Shown here: positions 1 through 13,360 of the stretch, piece by piece
Layout of the letters: the number at the start of each line of letters is the position of its first letter
How positions within the stretch are numbered: position 1 is the stretch's first letter
Origin: Chrysomallon squamiferum
Taxonomy: Eukaryota > Animalia > Mollusca
DNA: 64,000 nucleotides
NCBI GenBank assembly: GCA_012295275.1
Contig: CM022677.1
Coordinates: 19,406,001-19,470,000, forward strand
Reading direction: 5' to 3'
Notes under the pieces: model-generated
Seen by the model: only the letters and a program-made list of their open reading frames with translations
Told to the model about the DNA's origin: nothing
Database searches by the model: none
Program-made: the position numbers and the translations under genes

Positions 1-920
1 TAAATTCGATAAAATCAGAAAACTTCCTGGATTGTGATATGTCGGTTTCATAAAGCTACGCTCCAAAGTCTCTCCTTCCTTCGTTTAATAAAAACAATAT
101 CAGTTACATTGCGTTTAATGTAATCCCAAAGTTTTTTCTGCATTTATAATAACTTCATCTTGATAAAAAAAAATATTGTTCAGTACCCTGTCCCATATCT
201 TCAGTAATTTATCATTTAGTCAGGAACAACAACCCGTATTGTTAAATATGTATTGTTAAACGTAACCCTCCTCAGTGTTACAGTAATCATCTGCATTTAG
301 TTTCTCATACCTTCATGGTGACTTTGAATTGAGCCGCGACAAAAGGCTCGTCTTTGCTCAAGTTTTTAACCAGAGCTTTTTCATGAAAACCAGGGACTGA
401 GGAAGTATTTTGCACGTATATTGAAGTATGCAGATATTCATGTTTTGGTTCGTTGCTAATACAGTTTCAACTGCAGTACTGTTTAGTAAAGTATGCACAG
501 ATTAAGGATCAGTAGTGTGGTTGATTTTTGACCCTAGGGGTTTTATGGGACTGTCAAGGGTGTTGATAAGACTCAAAGGGTCAGAAAGGGGCAACTGAAA
601 CAGAAACAGAAACTGAAAAGGAAAAAAAAAAAAAAAACGATAAGGCAAAAATGCGTCTTATTGAAAATCAGTAATGAAGGAAAAGGGCAAAGAAAATATT
701 ACCTTTAAATAGAGAAATTTATTATTAATAAAATTTATTTATTTATTTTACATACTTAATGTCTGATGAAAGATCAAGGTTTCCATGAAGAGGTTGATGG
801 TGTTAAAAAGGTTTTGCAGATCTCTGACCTAGATAAATATCATAAAGTGGGAAAAAGGTCTGACTTGAACAAATCCTTCAGAACATTTATCTTTTCCTTG
901 ATAAATTCAATTAATAAATT

Positions 921-952
<32 letters not shown>

Positions 953-1300
953 TCTTGTGGGATAAAGTTTCTACATGAACAAAAAAGAAGGAAAATTTTT
1001 AGGATGGTGTAATCCCTCTTTTTATGTGCCCAGTGTCATTCTGTAACATCAATCAGCTGCATTTGATAACTGTAACCTTGAATTAGGTTTAAAATCTCCC
1101 TCTTCTCCATCTCATTTTGGGCACACTGTTTATCTTTTGAACTCCATATCAATTTTCTCTTTAAATATATATATATTTTTTAATTACTTTTTTGTTAAAA
1201 GGTTTTTATTCATAATCTATTAAAGTAGGTCAGTAGGCTATGCAATTGTCTGTGATTATTTGGTTACAGTATTCATATGTTGACTTCACCTTTACTTATT

Positions 1301-1336
<36 letters not shown>

Positions 1337-1343
1337 TATTATT

Positions 1344-1380
<37 letters not shown>

Positions 1381-1622
1381 CATTCATAATCTATTAAATT
1401 GTGTCAGTAACCCAAGCTTGCGTCTGCTTTTATTTGGCTACAGTATTCATTTGTTAAACAGCAGTGTAATCTGGGAAAAAAAATAACACTTCAAGGTCAT
1501 AATGCCATTAATGTATGTTATGCATATTGATAATAATCTAATGCTTCACTTCAGGGAACACATTTGTAACATAATAACACATTACCATGACAACAGGTAC
1601 ACAACTTTTAAACAGTGATCAT

Positions 1623-1658
<36 letters not shown>

Positions 1659-2212
1659 TTTAGGTTTATTCATATGCCAAAATGTGTTTTAGTTGACTGA
1701 TATTTTATGTGTTGTACTAAAAGACTTGAGATATTGTAAATTGTTCAGATTACTTTTATATATATATATATATATTTTAATTTTTTGATTTTAATAAAAC
1801 ATGAAGTAAAAGCAGATGGATTGCATTACAAGTTTACAAGTTCAGTGCTTGTAATTCAAAAATAATACGTCCATTTTATAACTTGTTAACAGATTAAAAG
1901 AAAAAATGTGATCTTTGACAAATCAGTTTCTTTGTCGTCTTGGTTTTTGTGTGACTGCATTGTAACTTAAAATACATTTTAAAAACATACAATCATATCA
2001 TAAGATTTAAAAAAAAAAGAAGAAGACATGAAACGAATTTTTCAAGTCTAGTGGCCTAATTTATGTTCCAAAGCATCGACTTACAGCACCTATATGCGAG
2101 GCTTGGCGAGCAATCATTTATTACTTGATACCACAGTCGCACACAGTGTTTATTTATTTCTTTCTTTTTTTTATTTCCTGTTTCAGCTCTGTCTCTCGGT
2201 AACATTTTCTTT

Positions 2213-2276
2213 TTAACCCCTTTGAACCCTGACGTATAGAATGACAAACAATTCACTTCTGGCTTGAAAGGGTCAG
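2213..2276. mobile_element. possible tiny piggyBac-type MITE relic
   Basis: TTAA-CCCCTTTGAACCCTGACGT ... ACTTCTGGCTTGAAAGGG imperfect inverted repeat (14/18 matches); the right TTAA is not intact. Confidence 0.3.
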
Positions 2277-3736
2277 ACCACACAATTTTTGTACCTACGT
2301 TTATTCAAATTAAAAAACCAACAACAATTGGCTAAGATAAATGGATGGGTAATCAACATCACTATTTAGGCCATTTTATTAACTGTAGGTTGTTCAGTTG
2401 CCACCAAGTCTTGTCTGGTTTTAAATGTTAATTAATGTTTTTGTTTTTCAATATAAATAATAATCTATGTGTCAGACAGTTGTTATGTAGTTCTGTTGTG
2501 TAACTAGTATCGTGTTGCAGTGTTGAAAAAGCTTTTCCATTCAACTGTTATTTCGTTGTTCATTTGAACACATAATTCATTCATTTGCTTACTCATGTTT
2601 TTCATTAGAAGGCCGAGGCAAAAAGTTAAATAAATTTAGCTGTGTTTATTTTGCACGACTGCAAATGCCTTAATTTTAGTCTTCAACTTTCGTCATTTTT
2701 GATACTTGAACATTTTAGGTTATTACAAGTTAAACAAATTCACCTCTATCATTTAAGTATTAATTTATTAAATGATTTGATTGATAAATAAATGTTGGCC
2801 TTCTGCAAACATTGTTCACAAAACTCTTTGGAATAAAGGTCATTGAGAAGTAAATTCAAATTTGTCTATTGCCAAAAAAAAAGTTAAATTGTAATTGGTT
2901 AAATATAAAAAAAAAGAAAAAAGAAAAAGAGAGAAAGTTACTTATTATTTCATATATGAAATAGTTAAAAGAATATATTAAAATCTGATTGTCAACTTTT
3001 TCTGTCAAGAAAGATTGATATTAACAGGTACCTACCTCACCATGTGTGCAATTTTCCACCTTTAATTAATCCTGTATTTGTTTAAAGGTTAATGAGTTTC
3101 TCCTACCTTATATAATTAAATATATATTAATTCATTTATTTCTGTAACACAGGTTAAAATGTTGACTTACTAATATGCAGGCCTTTCTTTAAATTGTTAC
3201 ATAAGATAGTTCAATAAACAATGTTGTTACTTTTGTTGTTGCCAATGGTGATAGAATTGATCAGCCTACTTTTTATTATTGAATGTTTTATGTAAAAAAA
3301 AAAAAAAAAAAAAAACGAAAAAAGGGTGTGGCCTATACAAGTTTATAATTTGCACTTAATGTTGTTATTTAATTTTTATGTTTCCATAATGTAATTAATA
3401 TGCAAATGAAATAATCCTGATTATTGGGGTTACGTTAATTATTTTTCAAAATATTAATTATTTTTTTTTTTAATTCTGGATTTAAAAAAAAAAAAAAAAA
3501 AAAAAAAAGCATTGAGATTAGTGTGTATACATAAAGCATTAAGCCATAATTAAACATTCCAGGTAGTCATATTATTTTGTGTAAACAATTTTTTTTTTAC
3601 TTTGTAGAAATTATGAATGTGTTGATTGAGAAATCCTTTTGTTTGCAGGTTTAGAAACACTGTAGACTCTGTAGTGTGATAAAGTTCAGAAAATGGAATT
3701 GAAAACAAATATAATTTTTTTTTCATATACAGTATT

Positions 3737-3767
<31 letters not shown>

Positions 3768-4377
3768 TGTTAGACATGATAATCCAAGGAGAGTTTTAAT
3801 GACCTTCATATATCGATATCCATTTTGAAGACTGCCACAACAATCCCCAAAAATCTATATTTAAAGCAAAAAAAACCTTTATTTTAATACCATTTTTTTC
3901 TTCTTTTTAAAAGAAAAATAATTATTGTTCATTATTTTTATAGATTTAACTTTAAAAAAAAACGTTATTTGATCTTCTTTTATTTTAATAATTTATTTTG
4001 GTTGTATTATTGTTACATGTGCAACAGAAGTAATAAATAATATAAATTTTAATAATAATAGTAATAATAAAACAGAAACTTAAAGCAGCTGTAATCTATT
4101 TAGTATATATTGTAACAGTAATAGTAATAAATAGTAATAAATAATACGATAATGATAATTAATATAAATGTTAATAACAACAGTAATACATTTAATCATA
4201 AATAATAATAATAGTGTAAATAATAACAATAATGAAACACCATCAATCTATTTAATAATAATAACCATAAAATAGTAAATACAGTAATCATGATTATAAT
4301 TAATATTTGTAAAATAATCACACAGCTTCTAAACTTTTGTTGTTGCCAGATGACAATAACAAAAAGGTAGTGACCTA

Positions 4378-4438
<61 letters not shown>

Positions 4439-5301
4439 TTGACAGCAACAATAACAGTAAGAAGAAGAACAACAACAACGACAACAACAGTAATAATTTT
4501 CTGATGTTTAATGCAGTAGTTGATTAGCTTATTTTCTTTGATAATTTTCTTCAATCAGAAGTGAGAAAAAAAAAAAAAATATATATATAATAAAAATGTT
4601 CTCTGTTAGAACAGTTTAGTAAGCCAAGCCACCTTTTCAGTCTTCTAATCTGCTACTTGAAACTGGTATTCTTGTTTTTAATTAATAAAAATAATCTTGT
4701 CAGGTAATTATCTAGGTGCACTTTGTTGTGGCAACAACATATCAGTTTGTTTATTGATCAAGAGTTTTTCAGGAGCAGCCCTTTTCCGGGTTCACCTGTT
4801 CCTTCACTTGATGATGATGATAATAATAATAATTAATAATAATGGAAGTATTGATAATGATAACAGTAGTAATGTGTGTGTGTTTGTGTGGCAGTGTGTT
4901 TGTGGTAAAAATGTGATTTGGGTGGAAGTATGTACACTGGTAAAAAAAATATGGTTTTGATGGAAATAATGTATTTTGGTAAAAAAAAAAGTAATTTGGA
5001 TGAAATGTTTATACATAGCAAAATGCAATTTTGATTATGCTGGGTATATGTTAAAAGTGAAGTTACAGGTGTAATGAAGAGATAGCTAAATACATCTGTG
5101 CTTTTGTGTTTTTTCCAGCTTTGATCTGGTTGTAGAGATTGCAAATTTTAATTTCTGTTCAAATTTTTTTTCTTGTAAAACCTTTTTTTTTTTTTTTTTT
5201 TTTTTTGCAATATGATATTAGTTTCAGTGATAATAAATAAATAATTTAACAAATAATTCATCAAATTTTTTAATTTTTTTTTTTAATTTTTATATTTGCA
5301 G

Positions 5302-5483
5302 GTACTGGGGAGAGTGGAAAAAGTACATTTATTAAACAGATGCGTATTATTCACGGTACTGGCTACTCTGATGACGACAAACGCAGTTTTATCAAAATTG
5401 TCTATCAGAACATTTTCATGGCAATGGGTTCCATGATTCGCGCAATGGAGACGCTGAAGATACCTTACAGAAATGACAATGCA
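5302..5483 (+). CDS. GNAQ: G-protein alpha-q subunit, coding exon 2 (P-loop)
   Basis: ttgcag acceptor (AG 5300-5301), GTAAGT donor at 5484; translates (G)[60 protein letters not shown], the G-alpha P-loop region. Confidence 0.97.
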
Positions 5484-5547
5484 GTAAGTGGTTCTTGCCT
5501 TCACCGTAAACCATGATGATATTACATATATTTAACATACGTTCCCA

Positions 5548-5900
5548 TTATACCTAGATTTACAGTTACACATATCCATTCTTAATGTAGTCGTATCCTG
5601 GCTTATTGTTTTAATTTAAAAAATTAATATTGTTGTATCTTTATTGATGCACATTCACTGTTATATATCTAGGTTCATACTTACATATATCCATATACTT
5701 AATATGGCAATATACCCTGGTTTATTGTTATAAATTAAAAAAAATAATAATATTGTTGTATCCTTATTGAAAGATATTTCCTTTTATACCTAGGTTTGTA
5801 GTCACATTATTACATAGCAATATCTTGACTTATTTTAAATTAAACAGTTACGGTTGTTATATCTTACAGATATCCACTGATATACTTAGATTCATTTGTT
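5548..5900. repeat. degenerate ~110-120 bp tandem repeat in Gq intron 2
   Basis: TATACCTAG..TT.CA.TTACACATATCC and AATATTGTTGTATC motifs recur 3-4 times. Confidence 0.6.
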
Positions 5901-5968
5901 ATATCAATCTGTATGTGCCTGGTGAACTACTTGCATGTTTTTAAAATATAAAATCAAATATATGAAAT

Positions 5969-6095
<127 letters not shown>

Positions 6096-6319
6096 TTTTA
6101 AGATTATATATCTCTGACAAAAAATAAACATTCCCTGATATGTATAGATCCCACCTATATAAACACTTAGTTTCACAGCAATTTTATGTGTGCTAATTAA
6201 ACAAGCACTCCTCAAAATAATTAGATTTACAGTTACACGAGGTAGTTCCATATATATATTGTGACACACTAGCACAGAACAGTGTATTAATAAATTTTGA
6301 TCCAAATACGGTTATACAG

Positions 6320-6735
6320 AAAAATTCAGTATGTCAGTGAAATACAGAGTTAAATAACAGTATGTCATTGAAGTACATTGTGTTAAATAACAGTATGTCA
6401 TTGAAGTACATGTTAAATAACAGTATGTCAGTGAAGTACATTGTGTTAAATAACAGTATGTCAGTGAAGTACATAATGTTAAATAACAGTATGTCAGTGA
6501 AGTACATTGTGTTAGATAACAGTATGTCATTGAAGTACATGTTAAATAACAGTATGTCAGTGAAGTACATTGTGTTAAATAACAGTATGTCAGTGAAGTA
6601 CATTGTGTTAGATAACAGTATGTCAGTGAAGTACATTGTGTTAGATAACAGTATGTCAGTGGAGTACATAGTGTTAAATAGCAATATGTCTGAAGTACAT
6701 GATGTTAAATAGCAGTATGTCAGTTAAGTACATGC
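6320..6735. repeat. 33-bp (30-33 bp) minisatellite, ~12 units
   Basis: Unit CAGTATGTCAGTGAAGTACATTGTGTTAAATAA repeats directly; explains the repetitive ORFs in the track. Confidence 0.95.
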
Positions 6736-7636
6736 TTATGGTGACAAAGTATACATTCTTACCTCAACAACATGTTCTTATCCTAGCAGTTTATAGAACT
6801 TGAAAAATGTGCATCTTAGATTGTATTTACGTTTTAGGAACTATGATACATCAAATATGCTTGGCCTTTGATTCATATGTAAATATGGTTACTCTACAGA
6901 AACCATAATGAATACAGTAACTATACTGTAGTACAGACAGTTAGCTGTAGAAATTGAACATGCTGAAGAATGAGATTATGAATTATTAGAAAAAAAGTCA
7001 AGTTTGAAACAAAATTAATAAGTAATATTTCAGTTCATCGATTTAATTGAAATAGTTACCTAAAATGAATGTCAAGATGACATTTTGGGACAATGTAAAT
7101 GTATTTTTTTATAATTAACAAAATTTATTTTAGCAGGAGTTACTGTTATTTCCCCTTCCAAAAAAAATAAATCTATTTAGACCAGTTGTTGTTGTTTTTT
7201 AAAACAATTTTTAGTAATGTTTACATGTGGAACAAAAGCTGTGAAAAATTATATATGCACACTAAATATAAACCTGGTAGAAACATTAAAATAGGATTTA
7301 CATCATGTAGGTAGATCTGTTTATAATTATTATTTATCAATAAAAAAAAAATAATTAATTACTTTTAAAATAATATTTATTCATGTTATGAAATGAAATC
7401 TGTGGACAGATGGAATTAATTCAGCTTAACTGAGGTGATCAACATGTAGATGTTATATAAGCCTATATTTATTTATTTATTTATTTATTTAAATTTATAT
7501 TTAACAAAAGAGAGAAACAAATCTGTTTGAACAGTTGGTGGTTTACATTTTAAAATACATAGAGCACACATACAACACGTGACAGTAACTTCATTTTCAT
7601 GTGCAGCTACATAATAAATGCTAGCAAACACACACA

Positions 7637-7686
<50 letters not shown>

Positions 7687-8002
7687 TATTACTCATTAAT
7701 CCACAAAACAGTATTTCATAACATTCAGGATATTTCTTAAATAACTGGACAGCCTGTGAATACAATCAAAACGGTCCAAAAACATGTTTTTGTTTTTTTC
7801 AAAAAAAATGCTCGAACTGTTGTTTACTCTATTTTTCTTCGATTTCCGTAACAAAAAAATTTCACAACCACACACATAGCTTTTATATCTGCATATTAAT
7901 AACAGGAAGGTTTTTTTCGCTCCCCCACTACCTATTACAGCTAATTATATATTTTTTTTTGTTTAAATTTTTTTATTTTTTTATTTTTTTTTTGAATCGT
8001 AG

Positions 8003-8157
8003 GAAAATGCTGCTATGATTAGAAACGTTGACTACGAAACGGTGACAACGTTTGAGCAGCCGTATGTTGATGCGATCAATGCGCTGTGGGCAGACCCTGG
8101 TATACAGGAGTGCTACGACAGGCGGAGAGAATACCAGCTCACTGACTCCGCCAAATA
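8003..8157 (+). CDS. GNAQ: G-protein alpha-q subunit, coding exon 3
   Basis: AG 8001-8002, GTGAGT donor at 8158; 155 nt; [51 protein letters not shown](Y). Confidence 0.97.
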
Positions 8158-8164
8158 GTGAGTC

Positions 8165-8277
8165 CTTTGTCACTGTTATTACTGTTGTTATTGTTTTGTT
8201 TTGTTGTTGTTATTGGTATTGTTATTATTATTTGTTATTGTTATTGGTATTGGTATTATTATTTTTATTGTTATTAC

Positions 8278-8313
<36 letters not shown>

Positions 8314-8389
8314 TATTATTTTAGTATTATTATTATTATTATTATTATTTTGTTATTATTGGTATTATTATTGGTATTACTATTATTGC

Positions 8390-8420
<31 letters not shown>

Positions 8421-8587
8421 TTGTTATTATTATTGGTATTACTGATATCACTGGTATTACTATTGTTATTGATATTATTATTATTATTATTAGTATTATT
8501 TTGTTATTATTATTATTAATTGATATCATTGTTATTACTTTGTTATTGATATTATTAGTTATTACTATTATTATTTATTTTATTATT

Positions 8588-8629
<42 letters not shown>

Positions 8630-9065
8630 TCTTCAACTACTAGTATTATTATAATGTTGTTGTTGTTGTTGTTGTAGCTGTAGTTGTTGACAGTTTTTCT
8701 TTGGTAATAGATAACATGTATGACTGCCTATATCACTTGCTTCCCTTTAAATTTGCATTCAGCAGTTTAAAATAGTTATCCAGTTTACTACTATTTTAAT
8801 TTAATTATAAATATTGTTGTGTGTTTTACTACAGCTATTATCATCACTGCTGCTGCTGCTGCTACTACTACTACTACTACTACTGTTACTTCTACTACTA
8901 CTACCATCCCCATAACAACACAAAAACCAACACTACAGCTACTTCTACCACTATTTCTATTTTTACTACTACAACTTTTATTTCAACCACTACTACTGCT
9001 ACAACTACTGCTACTGCTACAACTACTGCTACAACTACTGCTGCTACTACTACTGCTGCTACTTT
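8165..9065. repeat. (TAT)n and (CTA/CTG)n trinucleotide microsatellite fields, Gq intron 3
   Basis: Long imperfect ATT and ACT/GCT runs. Confidence 0.95.
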
Positions 9066-9129
9066 CTCAGTTAATACAAATGTGTTCTGTGTAAAATTTT
9101 ATTTCTATAATGAATTCTTTTTTTTACAG

Positions 9130-9258
9130 CTACCTTAACAATGTTGACCGGATTGCAAGCCCCGACTATTTGCCAACATTGCCCGACATTTTGCGAGTGC
9201 GAGTGCCCACTACTGGCATCATAGAATATCCCTTTGACTTGGATAGTATAATATTTAG
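9130..9258 (+). CDS. GNAQ: G-protein alpha-q subunit, coding exon 4 (switch I)
   Basis: ttacag acceptor, AG|GTAAGA donor at 9259; 129 nt; [42 protein letters not shown](R). Confidence 0.97.
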
Positions 9259-9870
9259 GTAAGAGTTTTTATATTAATACAGTGAAACAGGCACAAAACA
9301 TCAGTATGATAAGTAAATTAATGAAACAATCACGAAACTGGCATCATAGAATATCCCTTTGACTTGGATAGTATAATATTTAGGTAAGAGTTTTTATATT
9401 AATACAGTGAAACAGGCACAAAACATCAGTATGATAAGTAAATTAATGAAACAATCATTTTTAAACTGGCATCATAGAATATCCCTTTACTTGGATAGTA
9501 TAATATTTACGTACGAATTTTTATATTATAACCGTGAAACAGGCACAAAACATCAGTATAATATTTAAGTTAGAACGTTTGTATTATTATTGATTGAATT
9601 TGCATCATGGAATATCACAAGGACTTGGATAGTATAATATTTAAGTAAGAATTTTTATATTATGGTGAAAAAGGCATCATAGAATTTCCCTTTGATTTGG
9701 ACAAGTATAATATTTAGGTAAGAATTATTTTTATTATTACAGTGAAACAGGCATAGAATATCAGTATACTATTTAGATAAAAAAAAAAAATTTATGTTGT
9801 TGTTATTGGTGAAATTGACATTGTAGAAATCCCTATTACTTGGATAGTATAATTTTTAAATTAAGTTTAT
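9212..9870 (+). repeat. ~125-bp tandem repeat made from the 3' end of Gq exon 4 plus its splice donor
   Basis: ACTGGCATCATAGAATATCCCTTTGACTTGGATAGTATAATATTTAG|GTAAGAG at 9212 and identically at 9337; degenerate copies at ~9465, 9602, 9673 and 9817. Confidence 0.93.
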
Positions 9871-10256
9871 TTTTTATTTATTTATTTATTTATTTTTTTT
9901 AACACTGTAATAAATTCCATATGATTCAAATAGCTTAATATTGCTGTGGAAAGCATAGCCCTAGTTATCAAAAAAAGTAGAGAAAAAAAAACCCCTCATA
10001 GAACAATGGAAAATATTGGGTTGGAACAAATGTTAACAGCATTTTGAAATCCAAAGACAATATTTTACATAAGACTTTTTTACTGGATATGGTTATTAAC
10101 TTTACACAACAATTTTAATTATTTTGATGTTGTTGGGGTTTTTCACCTACAAATAATTTAAAAAAATGTTTTTTTATTTTTTTTTTATAATTATATTTTT
10201 GTTTTATAATTATATTTTTGTTTTATTTATTTATTTATTTATTTATTTATTTTCAG

Positions 10257-10399
10257 AATGGTGGACGTGTTGGACAGCGATCAGAAAGAAGAAAATGGAT
10301 CCACTGTTTTGAAAATTTTTTCTTCCCATTATGTTTTTAGTTAGCATTGTAATTGAATCTCTCTCTTCTCTCAAGTCTTATCTAATCAGATAGTGTGAG
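10257..10399 (+). CDS. GNAQ: G-protein alpha-q subunit, coding exon 5 (switch II), frame-corrupted in this sequence
   Basis: tttcag acceptor; MVDV, then a 1-nt loss in the GG codons, then GQRSERRKWIHCFEN, fragments IMFL, QVL and SDS..E, and a GAG|GTTAGT donor at 10400. 143 nt with several indels and pyrimidine-rich replacements. Confidence 0.85.
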
Positions 10400-10517
10400 G
10401 TTAGTGTTTATATAAAAAAATCAAAAATAATAATCAGAAATGACGTTTTGATAATTGTTGCCAAAAAAAATCCACTTGAATATAATATATTTTGAGCCAG
10501 TATTGTTTGGAAAATAA

Positions 10518-10757
<240 letters not shown>

Positions 10758-11768
10758 TAGTAATACAGCGAATATCTGCTAAAAGTATTTTAAAAAGAAA
10801 CTAAATAAAACAGTTCAACAGCAAAGAATAGGAAAGCTGAGAACTGTTCATTGCATTAAGTTAATACGTAATCAAAATATTTTAACGTAAATTATTACAT
10901 AGTTAAAATATTTTAAAGTAACTAAATTAATACATAGTTAAAGTAAATTATTATATTGTTAAAATATTTTTAAGTAACTAAAATAATAAATATTTAAAAC
11001 ATTTTTAACATTATTGAATTAATATATTAAAACATTTAATAGATACATTATTACATAGTTAAAACATTTTATAATAAATTAATGTTTAAAATGGCACTGA
11101 ATGAATACATATTAAAACAATTTAAAATAAATGATTACATAGTTAAATATTTTAAAAGCACTAAGTTAATGCATAGTCGAGACATTTTAAAATAAATTAA
11201 TAAAGAGTTTAAATGTTTGAAAATAAGCAGTTTAATGCATTTTAATTTAAATTTTTTGTTTATTTATATTTCCTGATTTGTATCCAGTTTCTTGTTTATA
11301 TATCTTTTTGTTGTTTTCACTGAATAATTTTCAGTAGTATTTTTTTCTCTGTCTTTTTAGTCCATTTCCTTCAGATTTCCTTTCCTATTTATTTTCTACT
11401 TATTTATTTTATTTATTTATTTATTTTATTAATTTTATTTATTTTATTTATTTATTGTCTTTTCTTTTTAAAACCTGTTTTCATTTAATTTGCAATTCTA
11501 TTTCTAATCAGTATTTTCTTCTTCTTCTTCTTCTTCTTCTTATTATTATCATCATCATCATCATCATCATCATCATTATTTCCATTTAAATCTTTTTTTA
11601 TTTTTCTCTTTCATTAATTATTTCTTTACTTTTAATTGAAATTTCAGAGGTTTAATATTTATTTATTTTTCCATCTGTCCTATTCTATTCTATTCTATTC
11701 TGTTAATATTTTATTTTATTTTATTTTATTTTATTTTATTTTAATTTTTTTTTTTTTTTTTTTAACAG

Positions 11769-11876
11769 GTCCTAAAAAGGATGCCTTGGCAGCAAGAGAG
11801 TTCATTCTTAAAATGTTTGTTGAGTTGAATCCTGATCCAGATAAGATCATTTACTCTCATTTTACCTGTGCAACAG
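11769..11876 (+). CDS. GNAQ: G-protein alpha-q subunit, coding exon 7 (TCAT motif)
   Basis: Polypyrimidine tract + AACAG acceptor, CAG|GTAAAC donor; (G)[35 protein letters not shown]. Confidence 0.97.
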
Positions 11877-12480
11877 GTAAACATCATTTATATGTTTAAA
11901 TTTCTTCTAAAAGCAAGTTAATGCTCAGAGTTTGACGAAAATCTCTCTTTTACGAACCTGAATTAAGAAAGTTGTACAGCTATTAAGTCACGTTTGATTC
12001 TGTATTAGTACATTCAAGATTGTGAAAAAAAGATCAGTTATTCAGGGTTTTTTTATTACTAAAGTCAAAAGGAAAATTTGAGATATTTCTTTTGGGAAAT
12101 GCTACAAAGGTTTAATATTTCCCAGTACTACAAACGTTTAATGTTAGAATTTTACTAGTACAACAAATGTTTAATTTTAAATTTGTCCAATGCTACAATT
12201 GAAATTTTTGTACTACCAAAAAACAGTGAGTATTTTCAAAATGTACAAATACTGGAAATGTTTGATACAAATATTTTCCAATACTAAACATTCACTTACA
12301 ATATTGTCCAATATTTTTCCACTACTACAAACATTATCGTATTAATTTTTATTCTAATATTACAGATTTTATTTAATGAAAATATTTTCTGATACTACAA
12401 ACATTTAAATTAGTATTTTCCAGTATTTTCAGACACTATAAACATTATATCATTAATTTTTATTCAAATACTACAATAAT

Positions 12481-12718
12481 ATCTTCCGACACTACCAAAA
12501 CCATTCAAGTATTGATATCTTCTGACACTACCAAAAATGTTCAAGTATTGATATCTTCCGACACTAACAAAACCGTTCAAGTATTGATATCTTCCGACAC
12601 TAACAAAAACGTTCAAGTATTAATATCTTCCGGTGCCATTAATGTATTTAATTTTCCATTCCAGACACAGAAAACATCAGGTTTGTTTTATCTTCCGACA
12701 CTAACAAAACGTTCAAGT
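12481..12718. repeat. 36-bp minisatellite next to, and inside, the last Gq exon
   Basis: ATCTTCCGACACTAACAAAACCGTTCAAGTATTGAT units at 12481, 12517, 12553, 12589, a partial unit at 12625 and one unit at 12690. Confidence 0.92.
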
Positions 12719-12767
12719 AAAGGACACCATTCTACAGCTTAACCTCAAGGAATACAACTTAGTGTGA
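12665..12767 (+). CDS. GNAQ: G-protein alpha-q subunit, last coding exon, interrupted by a minisatellite unit
   Basis: ttccag acceptor; (D)TENIRFV ... VKDTILQLNLKEYNLV-TGA, with the Gq-diagnostic EYNLV C-terminus. The expected FAA codons are replaced by ~28 nt (12690-12718) of the upstream intronic repeat. Confidence 0.92.
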
Positions 12768-13325
12768 ATCCGCTGATCAGAAGGCACATAATTACTGTCT
12801 TTTCTTCATTTCTTTTTTTTTTTTTTCAAATTTGGTCGGCAATTAAATGTCTTTTTTGCGAAAGTGTCCTTGTTGCAGAAGCGAAATAGATGCATTGAAG
12901 CAGAAGACAGCGACATCGTGTGATGGAACTTTCAGTCTGTTACAAACCATTGGTCAAGACAAACAAAACAAAACAAAATATCTTGTTTTTTTTTAAAACA
13001 AGGAGTTTTTCATTTAAGACAAAAAAAAAATTTAAAAAAAAAAGTTTAAAAAGGATTAAAAATTTTCCAAAAAAAAAAAAAAAAAGAGAGAAAAAAATTT
13101 GCGCCGTGGAGTAAGTAAATAATGTAAAATGTTTCTTTTTTTATTTCATTTGTTTTTTTTGTCGTCATCTGCAGAAGTTAAATGTGGAATATGAAATCCC
13201 AACAAATACAAGAAAAAAAAGAAAAATGGAGGAATTTATCGTTTACAGTGTCTGACTGTTGTCAGGGGCAACCATGTTTTCGCACGAGTGAATTCAAATT
13301 TCTTTTATCTCTTGACGGAATTTTT

Positions 13326-13360
<35 letters not shown>

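Noticed and set aside
6312-6735. Regular 33-bp array and its repetitive ORFs as a CRISPR array or repeat protein
   Set aside because: The units are contiguous with no unique spacers, lie in a spliceosomal intron, and are open on both strands only because the unit length is a multiple of 3.
8052-9138. Poly-L/I/Y/T ORFs here and at 13.7-14.9 kb, 25.6-26.4 kb, 29.2-30.9 kb and 33.9-35 kb
   Set aside because: These are translations of microsatellites and homopolymer tracts; only the sub-segments bounded by splice sites are real exons.
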